Source: Gemmatimonadota bacterium
GTDB lineage: Bacteria > Gemmatimonadota > Gemmatimonadetes > Gemmatimonadales > GWC2-71-9
Length of the DNA stretch: 64,000 nt
Assembly: GCA_029862925.1 (NCBI GenBank)
Contig: JAOTWJ010000001.1
Coordinates: 7,099-71,098, forward strand
Direction: 5' to 3'
A model generated the notes under the pieces. That model made no database searches, had not been told where the DNA came from, and saw only the letters and a list, made by a program, of their open reading frames with translations. The translations under genes were made by a program, and so were the position numbers. Positions 25,571-35,406 of the stretch are shown in pieces; the first letter of the stretch is position 1, and the number at the start of each line of letters is the position of its first letter.

Positions 25571-27421
25571 TCACCACGCGATGCCGTAGTCCTCGCCGTA
25601 GTTGCTCGAGCCACCCCAGAACGTGCCGTGCGCGCGGTCGAAGTAGATCGCGTTGATCGGCCCCGACGTGAGACGCTGGAAATCCAGGCGGTACCCCTTA
25701 GCCCGGAGCTCGTCGCGCACCCACTCGGGGACACGCTCGTTCAGGGTCAACCGACCCGGCTCGACCGCATGGTCACCAAAGGAGTCCCGCAGTTGATAAC
25801 TCGTGAAGTTCGCGGCCTCGGCCGCCTCCTGGACGTTCATCCCGAATTCCACCACGTTGAGGAAGAACTGGAGCAGGTTCTGATCCTGCGTGTCCCCGCC
25901 CTGCACCGCGAAGGACAGAAATGGCTGTCCGTCCTTGAGCGCGAGGCTCGGGGTGAGGGTCGCGCGAGGTCGCTTGCCCGGCTCCACCACGTTGAAGGGA
26001 TTCTCCGCGGGATCGAGGACGAAGCTCTGCATCCGCTGGCTCAGCCCGACCCCCGTGCGCCCCGCGATCACCGCGGGCACCCACCCGCCGCTCGGCGTCA
26101 CCGACACGACCCAACCCGCGGCGTCCGCCGTCTGAATGGACGTCGTCCCCAGCGAGAACGTCTCGGACGCTTCGGTGGTCTCGGGGGCCGCCGGTGCCGG
26201 CGCCGGCGGCCAGCGGTCGAGCAGGGCCTTGAATGGATTCGTCTGCCCCATGAACGGGTACGGGTCTCCCGGCCTCACGCCGGGGTCGTTCCGCTCCCAG
26301 TTGATGAGCGCCGCGCGTGCACGCGCATACTCCTTCGCGAGCAGTCCGCGAATGGGTTCTGCCGGCGGGAAATACGGATCGCCGTAGTAGAAATCGCGGT
26401 CCGCGAAGGCGAGGTTCATCGCCTGATACACTGCGTGGATGTAGCGGGCACTGTTGTAGCCCATCGCGGGCAAGTCGACGTCCTCCAGTATGTTGAGCGC
26501 CTGGAGCATCACCGGGCCCTGCACCCACGTGTTCAGCTTGTAGACCTCGATGCCCTTGTACGTCGTCATCACCGGTTCCTCGACATACACTTTCCAGCGG
26601 TCGAGATCCTCGAGCGTCAGAAGCCCGCCTTCCTCTCTGGCGCCACGCACGAGCTCGCGGGCGATATCTCCCCGGTAGAACCGCTCGTAGGCCGCGGCGA
26701 TCGCCTCTTTGCGCGACTTCCCCTCCGCGAGCGCCTTCGCCTCCGCCTCCACCAGCTTGCCCAGGGTTGTCGCCAAGTCCACCTGCCGAAAAATCTCCCC
26801 CGCCGCCGGCGCTTCCCGCGCCTCGCCCGGATGCGTCAGGTAGACGGCCCGCGAGTACTTCCAGCCCTTGATGCGCTCCTTTTCGCGCTCGATGGCGTCG
26901 GCGGTCTGCGCTTCGATGGGATACCCGTCGGCCATCGCGATCGCCGGTGCCAGGACTTCCGCCAGCGAGAGGGTGCCCCACTCAGCCAGCATGGTGAGCA
27001 GGCCGCCGGGGGTGCCCGGGGTGACCGCGGCGAGGGGTCCGTACCTGGGGGGATAGCGCATCCCCTTCGCGCGGAAGAACTCGGCCGTCGCCCCGGTCGG
27101 GGCCGCACCCAGTGCATTGAGCGCAATTACGCGTGTCGTCAGGGGATTGTAGATGAGCGCCTGCGTCTCCCCACCCCAGCTCAGCACGTCCCACATCGTC
27201 GCAGTCGCCGCAAGCATCGCGCAGGCCGCGTCCACGGCGTTACCGCCACGCTGGAACATCATGGCTCCCGCGGTGGCGCCCAGCGGCTTCCCGGTGATGG
27301 CCACCCAGTGGCGTCCGTGCAGCACCGGCTTCGCGGTGCGCTGTGCCTCGAGATCGGAGAGCGGAAACATGGCGGAAACCAGACAGATCGTGGGAACGAG
27401 CGCACGGAGCCCGTGACGCAT
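25571..27421 (-). CDS. ggt: Gamma-glutamyltransferase, exported
   Basis: Starts at MRHGLRALVPTICLVSAMFPL (ATG 27421). It contains GGNAVDAA, the autoproteolytic-site context LGTTSIQTAD, and GGDTQDQ. The upstream 168 codons of the track ORF are Arg-rich extension. Confidence 0.9.
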   Translation of the reverse strand: MRHGLRALVPTICLVSAMFPLSDLEAQRTAKPVLHGRHWVAITGKPLGATAGAMMFQRGGNAVDAACAMLAATATMWDVLSWGGETQALIYNPLTTRVIALNALGAAPTGATAEFFRAKGMRYPPRYGPLAAVTPGTPGGLLTMLAEWGTLSLAEVLAPAIAMADGYPIEAQTADAIEREKERIKGWKYSRAVYLTHPGEAREAPAAGEIFRQVDLATTLGKLVEAEAKALAEGKSRKEAIAAAYERFYRGDIARELVRGAREEGGLLTLEDLDRWKVYVEEPVMTTYKGIEVYKLNTWVQGPVMLQALNILEDVDLPAMGYNSARYIHAVYQAMNLAFADRDFYYGDPYFPPAEPIRGLLAKEYARARAALINWERNDPGVRPGDPYPFMGQTNPFKALLDRWPPAPAPAAPETTEASETFSLGTTSIQTADAAGWVVSVTPSGGWVPAVIAGRTGVGLSQRMQSFVLDPAENPFNVVEPGKRPRATLTPSLALKDGQPFLSFAVQGGDTQDQNLLQFFLNVVEFGMNVQEAAEAANFTSYQLRDSFGDHAVEPGRLTLNERVPEWVRDELRAKGYRLDFQRLTSGPINAIYFDRAHGTFWGGSSNYGEDYGIAW

Positions 27422-27542
27422 GGCAGTCGCTCCGGATGGCGAAGACGAAGAAAGGCCTGGGAAAGGTATCCGCGGATGCCGTACGCGGCGAGCGGTCCCG
27501 TCCGCACAGGCAGACGAGGCCGCTCGCCCCATCCTCGGACGG

Positions 27543-30500
27543 TCAGTGTTCCTCGAACCCGAACCCGCTGCCCTCCCCCGCGGTCGTGCGCACGACGCGC
27601 AGCACGCGACCGTGCGTCTGGTCGCCGGCCACGAGCGTGACGAGGTAATCGCCGGTATCGACCATCGGGCCGGCGCCGCGGCGTCCGGGGTTGTAGGTTC
27701 GATAGCTGATGCCGAAGCCGCCGCCCCGCGTCCCTGGCGGCCGGAGGGCCTGCATGATCTCCCGGAGCTGGCTCTGGCCGGGCATCGCCGCTTCGCTGCC
27801 TTCTTCGCCCGCCTGGGCCCCTTCGCCCTCCGACGCCTGTCGACCCGCGGGTCCCGACGTCTCGCCGGGCCGCTCGTTGAAGCGGGCCGGTCCGCCCGGG
27901 CGCTGCCCCCCGCCGCCGCCGCCAAACAACCGGCGCGCGAGGCTCTGGAAGTCGCCGGTCTTGATGGCCTGCTTGATCCGGTCGAGCATCATCGGGTTCA
28001 TGCCGGCTTGGGCCAGGGAGTCGAACACGACCTCCACGCGCTGCATGAACTGCGTGCTGTCGCGCCGCTGGGCCGGTGAAAGCGAGTCCGGCGCCGTGGG
28101 CCGCGCGCGGAAGTTCCAGGTGGCCCGGTGGACCCCGGGCCCACCCGGGCCCTCCACGACCTGCACCGTGTCGCCGCGGACGTCCGTGATCACGAGCCGC
28201 GCGCGCGCCCGCGGCTCGCCGCTCGTCAGGCGATAGACGAACTCGGCTTCCGACCCGACCCCCGGCGCCGAGAACCACTTGTGTCCCGGTGATCCGCCAC
28301 CGATGGGGCGGTCACCGAACTCGTAGGCCGTCTTCGGCACGAACAGATGCGCGGACGCGGTCAGCACGGAGTCCGCCAGCTGTTCGAGCGGCGCGATGTC
28401 CACGATCCAGATGGACCGCCCGTGCGTCGCGGCGATCAGCTCGCGATCCCGCGGGTGGATCGCCAGATCGTGCACGGGCACGGTGGGAAGACCGGTCATG
28501 AACCGCTGCCAGCTGGCGCCGCGGTCGAGTGACACGTAGGCACCCACGTCGGTGCCCACGAACAGCAGGTTGCGGTTGTGAGGATCCTCGCGGATCACGT
28601 GGACGAAGTCCGGACCGCCCGTGGGCAGCGTGGCCGCAATCGATCGGAACGTCTTCCCCATGTCCGTGGTGACGTAGACGTAGGGCTTGAAATCGTCCTC
28701 CCGGTGCCGGTCGAACGTCACGTATACGGTCATCGTGTCGTGGTGCGAGGGCTCGATGCGGCTGACCCAGGTCTTGGCCGGCACGCCCGGGAATCGGCCC
28801 GTGAGGTTCTCCCACGTCCCTCCGTCGTCGTGGGTCATCCACACGTTGCCGTCGTCGGTGCCGGCGAACAGCAGGCCGAAGCGCCGGGGCGACTCCGCCA
28901 GAGCCGTGATGGTGGAGTGCGTTTCCGCGCCTGTGATGTCCGGGGTGATCCCGCCCGTGGCGCTCGTGCTGATCCGGATCCGCATCGTATCGCGCGTCGT
29001 CAGGTCGGGCGAGATGGGGTGCAGATCGTCGCCGCGCTTGGCGGACTTCAGCACCTTGTTGGCCCCGGCGTAGAACACGTTGGGGTTGTGGTGCGAGATG
29101 AGGAACGGCGTGTTCCAGTTCCACCGCAGATCCAGGGCCATCGAATCCGCGCGTTGGCGCCGCCGCAGATCGTCGAGCCGCTGCCGCAGGGCGCGCGCCG
29201 GCCGGACCGTCGTGTCCGGCCAGTCGACCGCCACCGAGTCTTCGAACAGTGTCCAGCGTTGCCGCCAGTCCGGCTTCTGCAGGCTGCTCCGCTCGCCCGT
29301 CCCGAGATCGAGCCGGGCCATGTTCCCGCCCTGGGACTCCGCGTAGACCACGTTCGGGTCGTGCGGATCCTGCTGTGTGTAGAAGCCGTCGCCCCCGTTG
29401 ATGAAGAACCAATGGAAGTTGGTGATGTCACCGCGTGCCCGGCGGCTGGGACCGCACCAGGTGCCGTTGTCCTGGAGGCCACCGCACACCCGGTACGGAA
29501 TCTCCATGTTATAGCTCACGTGGTAGAACTGGCCCAGCGGCAGGATGTTGATGAAATCGTAGTTGCCCCCGCCGTCCCACGTCTGCGCGACCCCGCCATC
29601 GTTCCCCACGACAAAGTGGTCGGGGTCGGTCGGATCGAACCACAGCGCGTGGTGATCGACGTGAATGCCGACGGTGGCGTTCTTGGCCGTCTTGCCGCCG
29701 TCGTCAGAGACGTTCACCGGCGTGGACGACCAGTACACCCGATCCGGGTTGGTCGGGTGGACGCGAACCTGTGAGTAGTAGAAGGGCCGCACGTTGTTCT
29801 TGCTCGTGCGCTCCCAAGTCACGCCGCCGTCGGCCGAGCGGTACAGGCCGGAGAGCCGCTCGGTCCCGCCGGGCACCGAATCCGCCTCGACCATCGTGTA
29901 GATCACGTTCGGGTCGCTCGGCGCGATGGCGATCCCGATGCGGCCCTTCAAGGTCTCCGGGAAGCCGCCCCCCTTCACCTCAACCCATGTCCTGCCGGCG
30001 TCGGTCGTCTTCCAGAGCGCGCTCCCCGGGCCACCGCTCTTCAAGAAGTAGGGGCCACGCACGCGCTCCCAGCTCGCCGCGAACAGCACATCCGGATTGC
30101 CGGGATGCATTGCGACGTCCACGAAGCCGGCGCGATCGCTGACGAACTTGACGAGCTGCCACGTCGTCCCGCCGTCGACGGTCTTGTAGAGTCCCCGCTC
30201 CTTGTTGGAACCCCAGATGTGACCGAGCGCCGCCACGTACACGATGTCGGGGTTGGTCGGATGCACCACGATCCGGCCGACCGTCTGCGTCTCCGTAAGG
30301 CCCATCAGCGTCCACGTGAGCCCGCCGTCGGTAGACTTGTAGATCCCGCCGCCGGGTGAAATGGAATTGCGCGAGTCTTCCTCTCCCGTGCCGGCCCACA
30401 CGATCATCGTGTCGCTGGGGGCGATGGCGAGGTCACCCATGGATATGACGCGTTCGTCGTCGAACACGGGACGGAACGACGTGCCGGCATTCGTGGTCTT

Positions 30501-30722
30501 CCAGATGCCCCCGGCCGCCGCGGCCACGAAGAACGTCTTGGACGGACTCGGGATGCCTTCGATGTCGGTGATCCGGCCGCCCATGTTGGCGGGCCCGATC
30601 GGCCGCCAGCGAAACGCGGCGAGCATGGAGGAATCGAGCGGGCTGGAGACCTGGGCGGACAGCGTCGAGGCGCTCGCCAGCAGGAGCGCCGGCAGAAGCA
30701 GACGGGCGCGACAGTGCATCAC
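27543..30722 (-). CDS. Sortilin/VPS10-like BNR (Asp-box) repeat beta-propeller protein, exported
   Basis: 1059 aa with a signal peptide. Asp-box units recur: YKSTDGGLTW, YKTVDGGTTW, WKTTDAGRTW, YRSADGGVTW, VSDDGGKTA, MTHDDGGTW and SLDRGASW. There is a Gly-rich linker near the C-terminus. Confidence 0.8.
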   Translation of the reverse strand: MMHCRARLLLPALLLASASTLSAQVSSPLDSSMLAAFRWRPIGPANMGGRITDIEGIPSPSKTFFVAAAAGGIWKTTNAGTSFRPVFDDERVISMGDLAIAPSDTMIVWAGTGEEDSRNSISPGGGIYKSTDGGLTWTLMGLTETQTVGRIVVHPTNPDIVYVAALGHIWGSNKERGLYKTVDGGTTWQLVKFVSDRAGFVDVAMHPGNPDVLFAASWERVRGPYFLKSGGPGSALWKTTDAGRTWVEVKGGGFPETLKGRIGIAIAPSDPNVIYTMVEADSVPGGTERLSGLYRSADGGVTWERTSKNNVRPFYYSQVRVHPTNPDRVYWSSTPVNVSDDGGKTAKNATVGIHVDHHALWFDPTDPDHFVVGNDGGVAQTWDGGGNYDFINILPLGQFYHVSYNMEIPYRVCGGLQDNGTWCGPSRRARGDITNFHWFFINGGDGFYTQQDPHDPNVVYAESQGGNMARLDLGTGERSSLQKPDWRQRWTLFEDSVAVDWPDTTVRPARALRQRLDDLRRRQRADSMALDLRWNWNTPFLISHHNPNVFYAGANKVLKSAKRGDDLHPISPDLTTRDTMRIRISTSATGGITPDITGAETHSTITALAESPRRFGLLFAGTDDGNVWMTHDDGGTWENLTGRFPGVPAKTWVSRIEPSHHDTMTVYVTFDRHREDDFKPYVYVTTDMGKTFRSIAATLPTGGPDFVHVIREDPHNRNLLFVGTDVGAYVSLDRGASWQRFMTGLPTVPVHDLAIHPRDRELIAATHGRSIWIVDIAPLEQLADSVLTASAHLFVPKTAYEFGDRPIGGGSPGHKWFSAPGVGSEAEFVYRLTSGEPRARARLVITDVRGDTVQVVEGPGGPGVHRATWNFRARPTAPDSLSPAQRRDSTQFMQRVEVVFDSLAQAGMNPMMLDRIKQAIKTGDFQSLARRLFGGGGGGQRPGGPARFNERPGETSGPAGRQASEGEGAQAGEEGSEAAMPGQSQLREIMQALRPPGTRGGGFGISYRTYNPGRRGAGPMVDTGDYLVTLVAGDQTHGRVLRVVRTTAGEGSGFGFEEH

Positions 30723-30804
30723 GGCCTTCTCCTGGTGTTGTGTGGTGTGTCTGAGTGTCGGTGGCCGCTTGTCCTACGCGGAGCCCGGCGCGGGCGTTGG
30801 AGGC

Positions 30805-32625
30805 TCAGCGGGGCCGGGCCGAGCCTCGGATCAGCACCTCACCCGCAAAGCTGAGGATCCGGACCGAGTCCCCCACGACGCGGCCGCTCATCGTCCGGAC
30901 GTGCAACACACTCTCCATCCCCTCGCCCCGTACCCGCAGCCGCAGGCTGTCGGCCGGCACCGAATCCGCGGGAGTCTCCGGCAGGGCGCGCAGGCGCCGG
31001 ACGAGACTGTCCACCGCGAACCGCAGCACCACCGCACCATCGCGATACACGACGAGGCTCGCGCCGGGCCGCACCCCGCGGACGGCCCACCCGACGGGCG
31101 GCACGGCCGGCCCGGCCCGCCACTCGGTGACACGAAGCAGCACGTCGTAGCCGGCCACCGGTACCGGCCCAACCGCATCCGAGGCGGCAAACCGGAACGG
31201 CGCCTCACCCTCGCTCCGCCCGGCCTCGACGTACTCGACGTTGAGCCACCGAGCCACGGCCTGGGCCCGGCGGGTGGCGCTCCGCCTCCGCCCCATTCCC
31301 GCTGTGTCGATGGCCGCGAGCGTGTCGCCGAACCACGGCGCGATCGCGCTGTAGCCATGCGTCTCGGCCAGATACCGGAGAATCGCCGCCACCTCGCGGC
31401 GTTCCTCGAACGGGACGGCGTCCCCCGCCGCCGGCCGGACCCGGCCTTCCACCAGCAGGCCGTGCCGCTCGAAGATGTCGGCGAGGCGGTGCACCTGACT
31501 GCGCTCGGACACCCGATACGCACCCCACGGTCCCGCGAAGGTGAGGACGGCGACGGCGCAGAGCGAGGCAGGGATGATCCGAATGCCCTTCGCCCGTGTG
31601 AGCAGCTGGTACACCGCGATGCCGGCGAGCCAGATCGACAATACGAGCAGGAAGTACCGGCGCTCGGTGATCCCGTATTGCGCCACCCGCTGCCAGATCG
31701 CCAGCCAGAGCATCACGATCGCGGGAAGCAGGAACACGAAGAACCCGCGGGCGTACGCCCGCACCCAGCGATCACCGGGATCGTCCGCCGCCGGATGCAC
31801 GAGCAGCAGCGAGAAGATCCCGACCACGGCCACCGCGGAGACCAGCCATCCAATCCACCCGCTCGGCCACTGCCACGTGACCAGCACCTTGGCGAAGTAG
31901 ACGGTGAGGATCAGCAGGTACATCGCCACGATCGGCAGCAGCGCGAACCGCGTGAAGACTTTGAGCCCAGGCGGGTAGTCCCGCTCGGTATCCAGCCCCC
32001 GGGCGTCGTCGGGCAGGTCCGCGACGAAGAACCAGGTGGTGAAGACGAAGGCGATCACGGCCCAGAGCCGCAGATAGCCCGTCTCGGGCACGTCCACGCC
32101 GAACAGTTGGTCCAGGGCCAGCAGGGCAATGGCCAACCCCGCGTACAACACCACTGTCAGGATGGCGGCGGCCAGGATGCGCTCGAACAGCAGCCGGTTG
32201 TACTCCCAAAAGCCGGGCCCCTCCGCCGAGCCGACGAACGGCGCAAAGGCAACGAAGAGGTGGAGCGCGGCGCTCACCTGGAAGTACCGCGCCGCCTGCA
32301 GCGGCTCGGGCCAGTGGGGCCATGCGACGTAGAACGCCACGAGCCCCGCGACGCCGAGGGCATCGACACCCCAGCGCGCGCCCGCGCCCCATCGCCACGA
32401 GCCGGCGAGCAGCCGCAGGCCCGTGAACAGGGGCAGGCCCAAGGTGGCCGTGAGCAGGAGTCGAGCGTGCAGGTCCTCGCTGCCGATCTCCTCCACGGCT
32501 AGAAACGCGGCCAAGGCCGCCACCACCGCGGCCACGATGGTCAGCGGGAAGCGTCGGGCCCCATTCCCCGCGCCGCGGAGGATGGGCCCCAAGGTCGGTA
32601 GCTGGAGCCGGGGCGACGGCGTCAC
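30805..32625 (-). CDS. DUF4153-type polytopic membrane protein with a soluble C-terminal domain
   Basis: It has about 10 hydrophobic helices (for example LLPIVAMYLLILTVYFAKVL, WLVSAVAVVGIFSLLLV, FVFLLPAIVMLWLAIW) and then a soluble tail of about 220 aa. GTG 32625 overlaps the radical SAM stop (GTGA). The family call is from memory. Confidence 0.7.
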   Translation of the reverse strand: MTPSPRLQLPTLGPILRGAGNGARRFPLTIVAAVVAALAAFLAVEEIGSEDLHARLLLTATLGLPLFTGLRLLAGSWRWGAGARWGVDALGVAGLVAFYVAWPHWPEPLQAARYFQVSAALHLFVAFAPFVGSAEGPGFWEYNRLLFERILAAAILTVVLYAGLAIALLALDQLFGVDVPETGYLRLWAVIAFVFTTWFFVADLPDDARGLDTERDYPPGLKVFTRFALLPIVAMYLLILTVYFAKVLVTWQWPSGWIGWLVSAVAVVGIFSLLLVHPAADDPGDRWVRAYARGFFVFLLPAIVMLWLAIWQRVAQYGITERRYFLLVLSIWLAGIAVYQLLTRAKGIRIIPASLCAVAVLTFAGPWGAYRVSERSQVHRLADIFERHGLLVEGRVRPAAGDAVPFEERREVAAILRYLAETHGYSAIAPWFGDTLAAIDTAGMGRRRSATRRAQAVARWLNVEYVEAGRSEGEAPFRFAASDAVGPVPVAGYDVLLRVTEWRAGPAVPPVGWAVRGVRPGASLVVYRDGAVVLRFAVDSLVRRLRALPETPADSVPADSLRLRVRGEGMESVLHVRTMSGRVVGDSVRILSFAGEVLIRGSARPR

Positions 32626-33707
32626 ACGCTCATCCGCACGGGCAGGCGGCGCGTGCCCCAGTGGCCCGCCTCCGCCGCGAACACGCCGGCACAGGGAAAC
32701 CCACAGTCGCGGCACCGGCCGTCCGGCGCGAGGCGGTACTCGCGGATCGTGTAGCCGTCACGCACGATCAGTCGGGCGCCGCATCCCGCGCAGAAGGTCG
32801 TGCCGCCTTCGAGATCCCGGACGTTACCGGTGTACACGTGCCGCAGTCCGTTCGCGAGGCCGATCTCCCGCGCCCGACGGAGCGTCCGCGGCGGTGTCGG
32901 CGCCGTGTCCAGCATCTTCCAGTCCGGATGGAACGCCGTGAAGTGGAGCGGCACCTCCGGACCGAGCTCGTCGGCCACCCAGCGGGTGAGCGCGTCCAGC
33001 TCCGCGTCCCCGTCGTTCTGCCCCGGGATCAACAGCGTCGTGATCTCGAGCCACGTATCGGTTTCGTGACAGACATACTGCAGCGTCTCGAGGACCGGCG
33101 CGAGATGCCCCGCGCACAACTCGTGATAGAACCGCTCGCTGAAGCCCTTCAGATCCACGTTCGCCGCGTCCATGCACCGGTAGAACTCCGCCCGCGGCTC
33201 GGTGCACTGATAGCCCGCCGTCACGGCCACGGCCTTGAGCCCGCGGGCCTGGCACGCCTGCGCCACATCGATAGCGTACTCGTGGAAGATCACCGGGTCG
33301 TTGTACGTGAACGCCACGCTCCCACAGCCCAGCCGCTCGGCCGCGGCCGCAATGGCCTCGGGCGACGCCGCGTCCGCCAGCGTGTCGATCTCGCGCGACT
33401 TGCTGATGTCCCAGTTCTGGCAGAAGCGGCACGCCAGATTGCAGCCGGCCGTTCCGAACGAGAAGATCGGCGTGCCGGGCAGGAAGTGGTTGAGCGGTTT
33501 CTTCTCGATCGGGTCGACACAGAACCCGCTGGACCGCCCGTAGGTGGTGAGCACGATCGCGCCATCCTGACACCCGCGCACGAAGCACAACCCGCGCTGT
33601 CCGTCCCGCAGCTTGCACGCACGGGGACAGATGTCGCACTGGATGCGCCCATCGTCGAGACGGTGCCAGTGCCGCGTCGGCGTCACGGTACCAAACGGAG
33701 CGCTCAT
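32622..33707 (-). CDS. AmmeMemoRadiSam-system-type radical SAM enzyme (PflA-like activase family)
   Basis: 361 aa. It has RIQCDICPRAC.L..GQ.G.C.VR, VDPIEKKPLNHF, the CxxxCxxC motif GCNLACRFCQNW, LHFTAFHPDWKM, and a C-terminal zinc-ribbon-like CAGCG...CRDCG. Confidence 0.85.
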   Translation of the reverse strand: MSAPFGTVTPTRHWHRLDDGRIQCDICPRACKLRDGQRGLCFVRGCQDGAIVLTTYGRSSGFCVDPIEKKPLNHFLPGTPIFSFGTAGCNLACRFCQNWDISKSREIDTLADAASPEAIAAAAERLGCGSVAFTYNDPVIFHEYAIDVAQACQARGLKAVAVTAGYQCTEPRAEFYRCMDAANVDLKGFSERFYHELCAGHLAPVLETLQYVCHETDTWLEITTLLIPGQNDGDAELDALTRWVADELGPEVPLHFTAFHPDWKMLDTAPTPPRTLRRAREIGLANGLRHVYTGNVRDLEGGTTFCAGCGARLIVRDGYTIREYRLAPDGRCRDCGFPCAGVFAAEAGHWGTRRLPVRMSV

Positions 33708-33774
33708 GCCGGACCCTGCCCTTCCTTCCTACGATACGGGATTGGCCGGCCGGAGAGAAGAGGACGCAACGACC

Positions 33775-33804
33775 GCGGGGCCGGAACGACCGTCCCGGCC
33801 CCGC
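33775..33804 (-). terminator. GC hairpin 24 nt downstream of the ALDH7 gene
   Basis: A perfect 10-bp stem (gcggggccgg 33775-33784 pairing with ccggccccgc 33795-33804) has a 10-nt loop. On the minus strand it is followed by a pyrimidine/T-rich stretch (tcctcttctctcc) rather than a clean U-run. Confidence 0.45.
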
Positions 33805-33828
33805 AGACATCCTCGCGGCGTGCCCCCG

Positions 33829-35406
33829 TCAGTCGCCGAACGTGAGGCCCTGCGCCAATGGCAGCGCGGTGCCCCAGTTGATCGTGTTGGTCTGGCGACG
33901 CATGTAGACCTTCCACGCGTCCGAGCCCGATTCCCGGCCGCCGCCCGTCTCCTTCTCACCGCCGAACGCGCCACCGATCTCCGCACCGCTGGTGCCGATG
34001 TTCACGTTGGCGATGCCGCAGTCGGAGCCGCGTGCCGACAGGAACCACTCCATCTCGCGCACGTGCTCGGTGAAGATGGCCGACGACAGTCCCTGCGGAA
34101 CCCCGTTGTGGATCGCCACGGCCTCCTCGAGCTCCGCGACGGCCTGCGGGGGCGTCGAGGATCGCTTGCCGTACTCGATGATGTAGAGAATCGGCGCAAA
34201 CGTCTCTTCCTGCACGATCGCAAACTCGTTCCGCGCCTCGGCAATGCACGGCTTCACGTAGTGGCCGCCGGGATACTGCGCGCCTTCCAGCACGTCTCCG
34301 CCGTAGAGGATCTTGCCCCCCTCTTCCTTCACGCGCTTGATCGCGTTCTGCAGATCCCGCACGGCGTTTGGGGTGACGAGTGGTCCCATGACGACGTTCC
34401 GGTTGCGTGGGTCACCGATGTGGATTCCCTCGTAGGCCCGGACGAGTCGGCGGACCACCTCCTCCTTGACCGAGGCGTGCACGATGATGCGCCGCGTACT
34501 GGTGCAGCGCTGGCCGGCCGTGCCTACGGCACCGAAGAGGATGGCCCGCAGCGCGAGATCCAGATTGGCGCTCGGGGTGACGATGATGGCGTTGTTCCCG
34601 CCCAGCTCGAGGATGGTGCGGCCGAACCGGGTGCCCACCACCTCGGCGACGCGCCGGCCCACCTGGCAACTGCCCGTGGCGGACACGAGCGGAATGCGCG
34701 GGTCCTTGAGCAGGCGCTCGCCCACACTGGACCCCTTGCCGATCACGAGCGAAAAGAGCGCCGGATCCACGCCGGCGTCCTCGCTCACCTGCTGCGCGAG
34801 CTTCGTGCAGGCAATCGCCGTGAGCGGCGTCTTGCTGGCCGGTTTCCAGAGCACGCTGTCGCCGCACACGATGGCGATGGCCGTGTTCCAGCTCCACACC
34901 GCAACGGGGAAGTTGAATGCGCTGATGACCCCGACCACGCCAAGCGGATGCCACTGCTCGTACATGCGATGGTCGGGCCGCTCGGAGTGCATCGTGAGCC
35001 CGTACAACTGACGCGAGAGTCCGGTGGCGAAGTCGCAGATGTCGACCATCTCCTGCACTTCCCCTTCGCCCTCGGCGATGCTCTTCCCCATTTCGAGCGT
35101 CACCAGCTGGCCCAGCTCGGTCTTCACCTCGCGCAGGCGGTTGCCGAGCCGGCGGATGACGTCGCCGCGCACCGGCGCCGGGACTCTGCGCCACTCCAGG
35201 AATGCGGCGTGGGCACGCTCGACGATGCGATCGTACTCGGCCTCGGTCACCTGCCGGACGGTCGCGATGCGCGAGCCATCGATGGGCGTGATCACCTCGA
35301 GTTCAGGGCCGGAGCCCAACCACTCACCCCCAAAGCCGCCATGGTTCACGTCGTCGATGCCAAGGGTCTTGAGGAAGTCGGTTCGGGCGGGGGCTGCGGT
35401 CGTCAT
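33829..35406 (-). CDS. Aldehyde dehydrogenase, ALDH7 (alpha-aminoadipic semialdehyde / piperideine-6-carboxylate dehydrogenase) type
   Basis: 525 aa with FNFPVAVWSWN, WKPASKTP, ELGGNNAIIV, GTAGQRCTSTRR and EETFAPILY. The N-terminal DDVNHGGFGGEW and the C-terminal GGEKETGGGRESGSDAWK..MRR.T.TIN are characteristic of the ALDH7 subfamily. Confidence 0.9.
   Translation of the reverse strand: MTTAAPARTDFLKTLGIDDVNHGGFGGEWLGSGPELEVITPIDGSRIATVRQVTEAEYDRIVERAHAAFLEWRRVPAPVRGDVIRRLGNRLREVKTELGQLVTLEMGKSIAEGEGEVQEMVDICDFATGLSRQLYGLTMHSERPDHRMYEQWHPLGVVGVISAFNFPVAVWSWNTAIAIVCGDSVLWKPASKTPLTAIACTKLAQQVSEDAGVDPALFSLVIGKGSSVGERLLKDPRIPLVSATGSCQVGRRVAEVVGTRFGRTILELGGNNAIIVTPSANLDLALRAILFGAVGTAGQRCTSTRRIIVHASVKEEVVRRLVRAYEGIHIGDPRNRNVVMGPLVTPNAVRDLQNAIKRVKEEGGKILYGGDVLEGAQYPGGHYVKPCIAEARNEFAIVQEETFAPILYIIEYGKRSSTPPQAVAELEEAVAIHNGVPQGLSSAIFTEHVREMEWFLSARGSDCGIANVNIGTSGAEIGGAFGGEKETGGGRESGSDAWKVYMRRQTNTINWGTALPLAQGLTFGD

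Noticed and set aside
21623-27640. Long ORFs 21623-23044 (-), 23985-25589 (+) and 25628-27640 (+)
   Set aside because: Each is antisense to a strongly supported gene (malic enzyme, GCPII-like peptidase and GGT respectively). All are Arg/His/Pro/Gly-rich junk.
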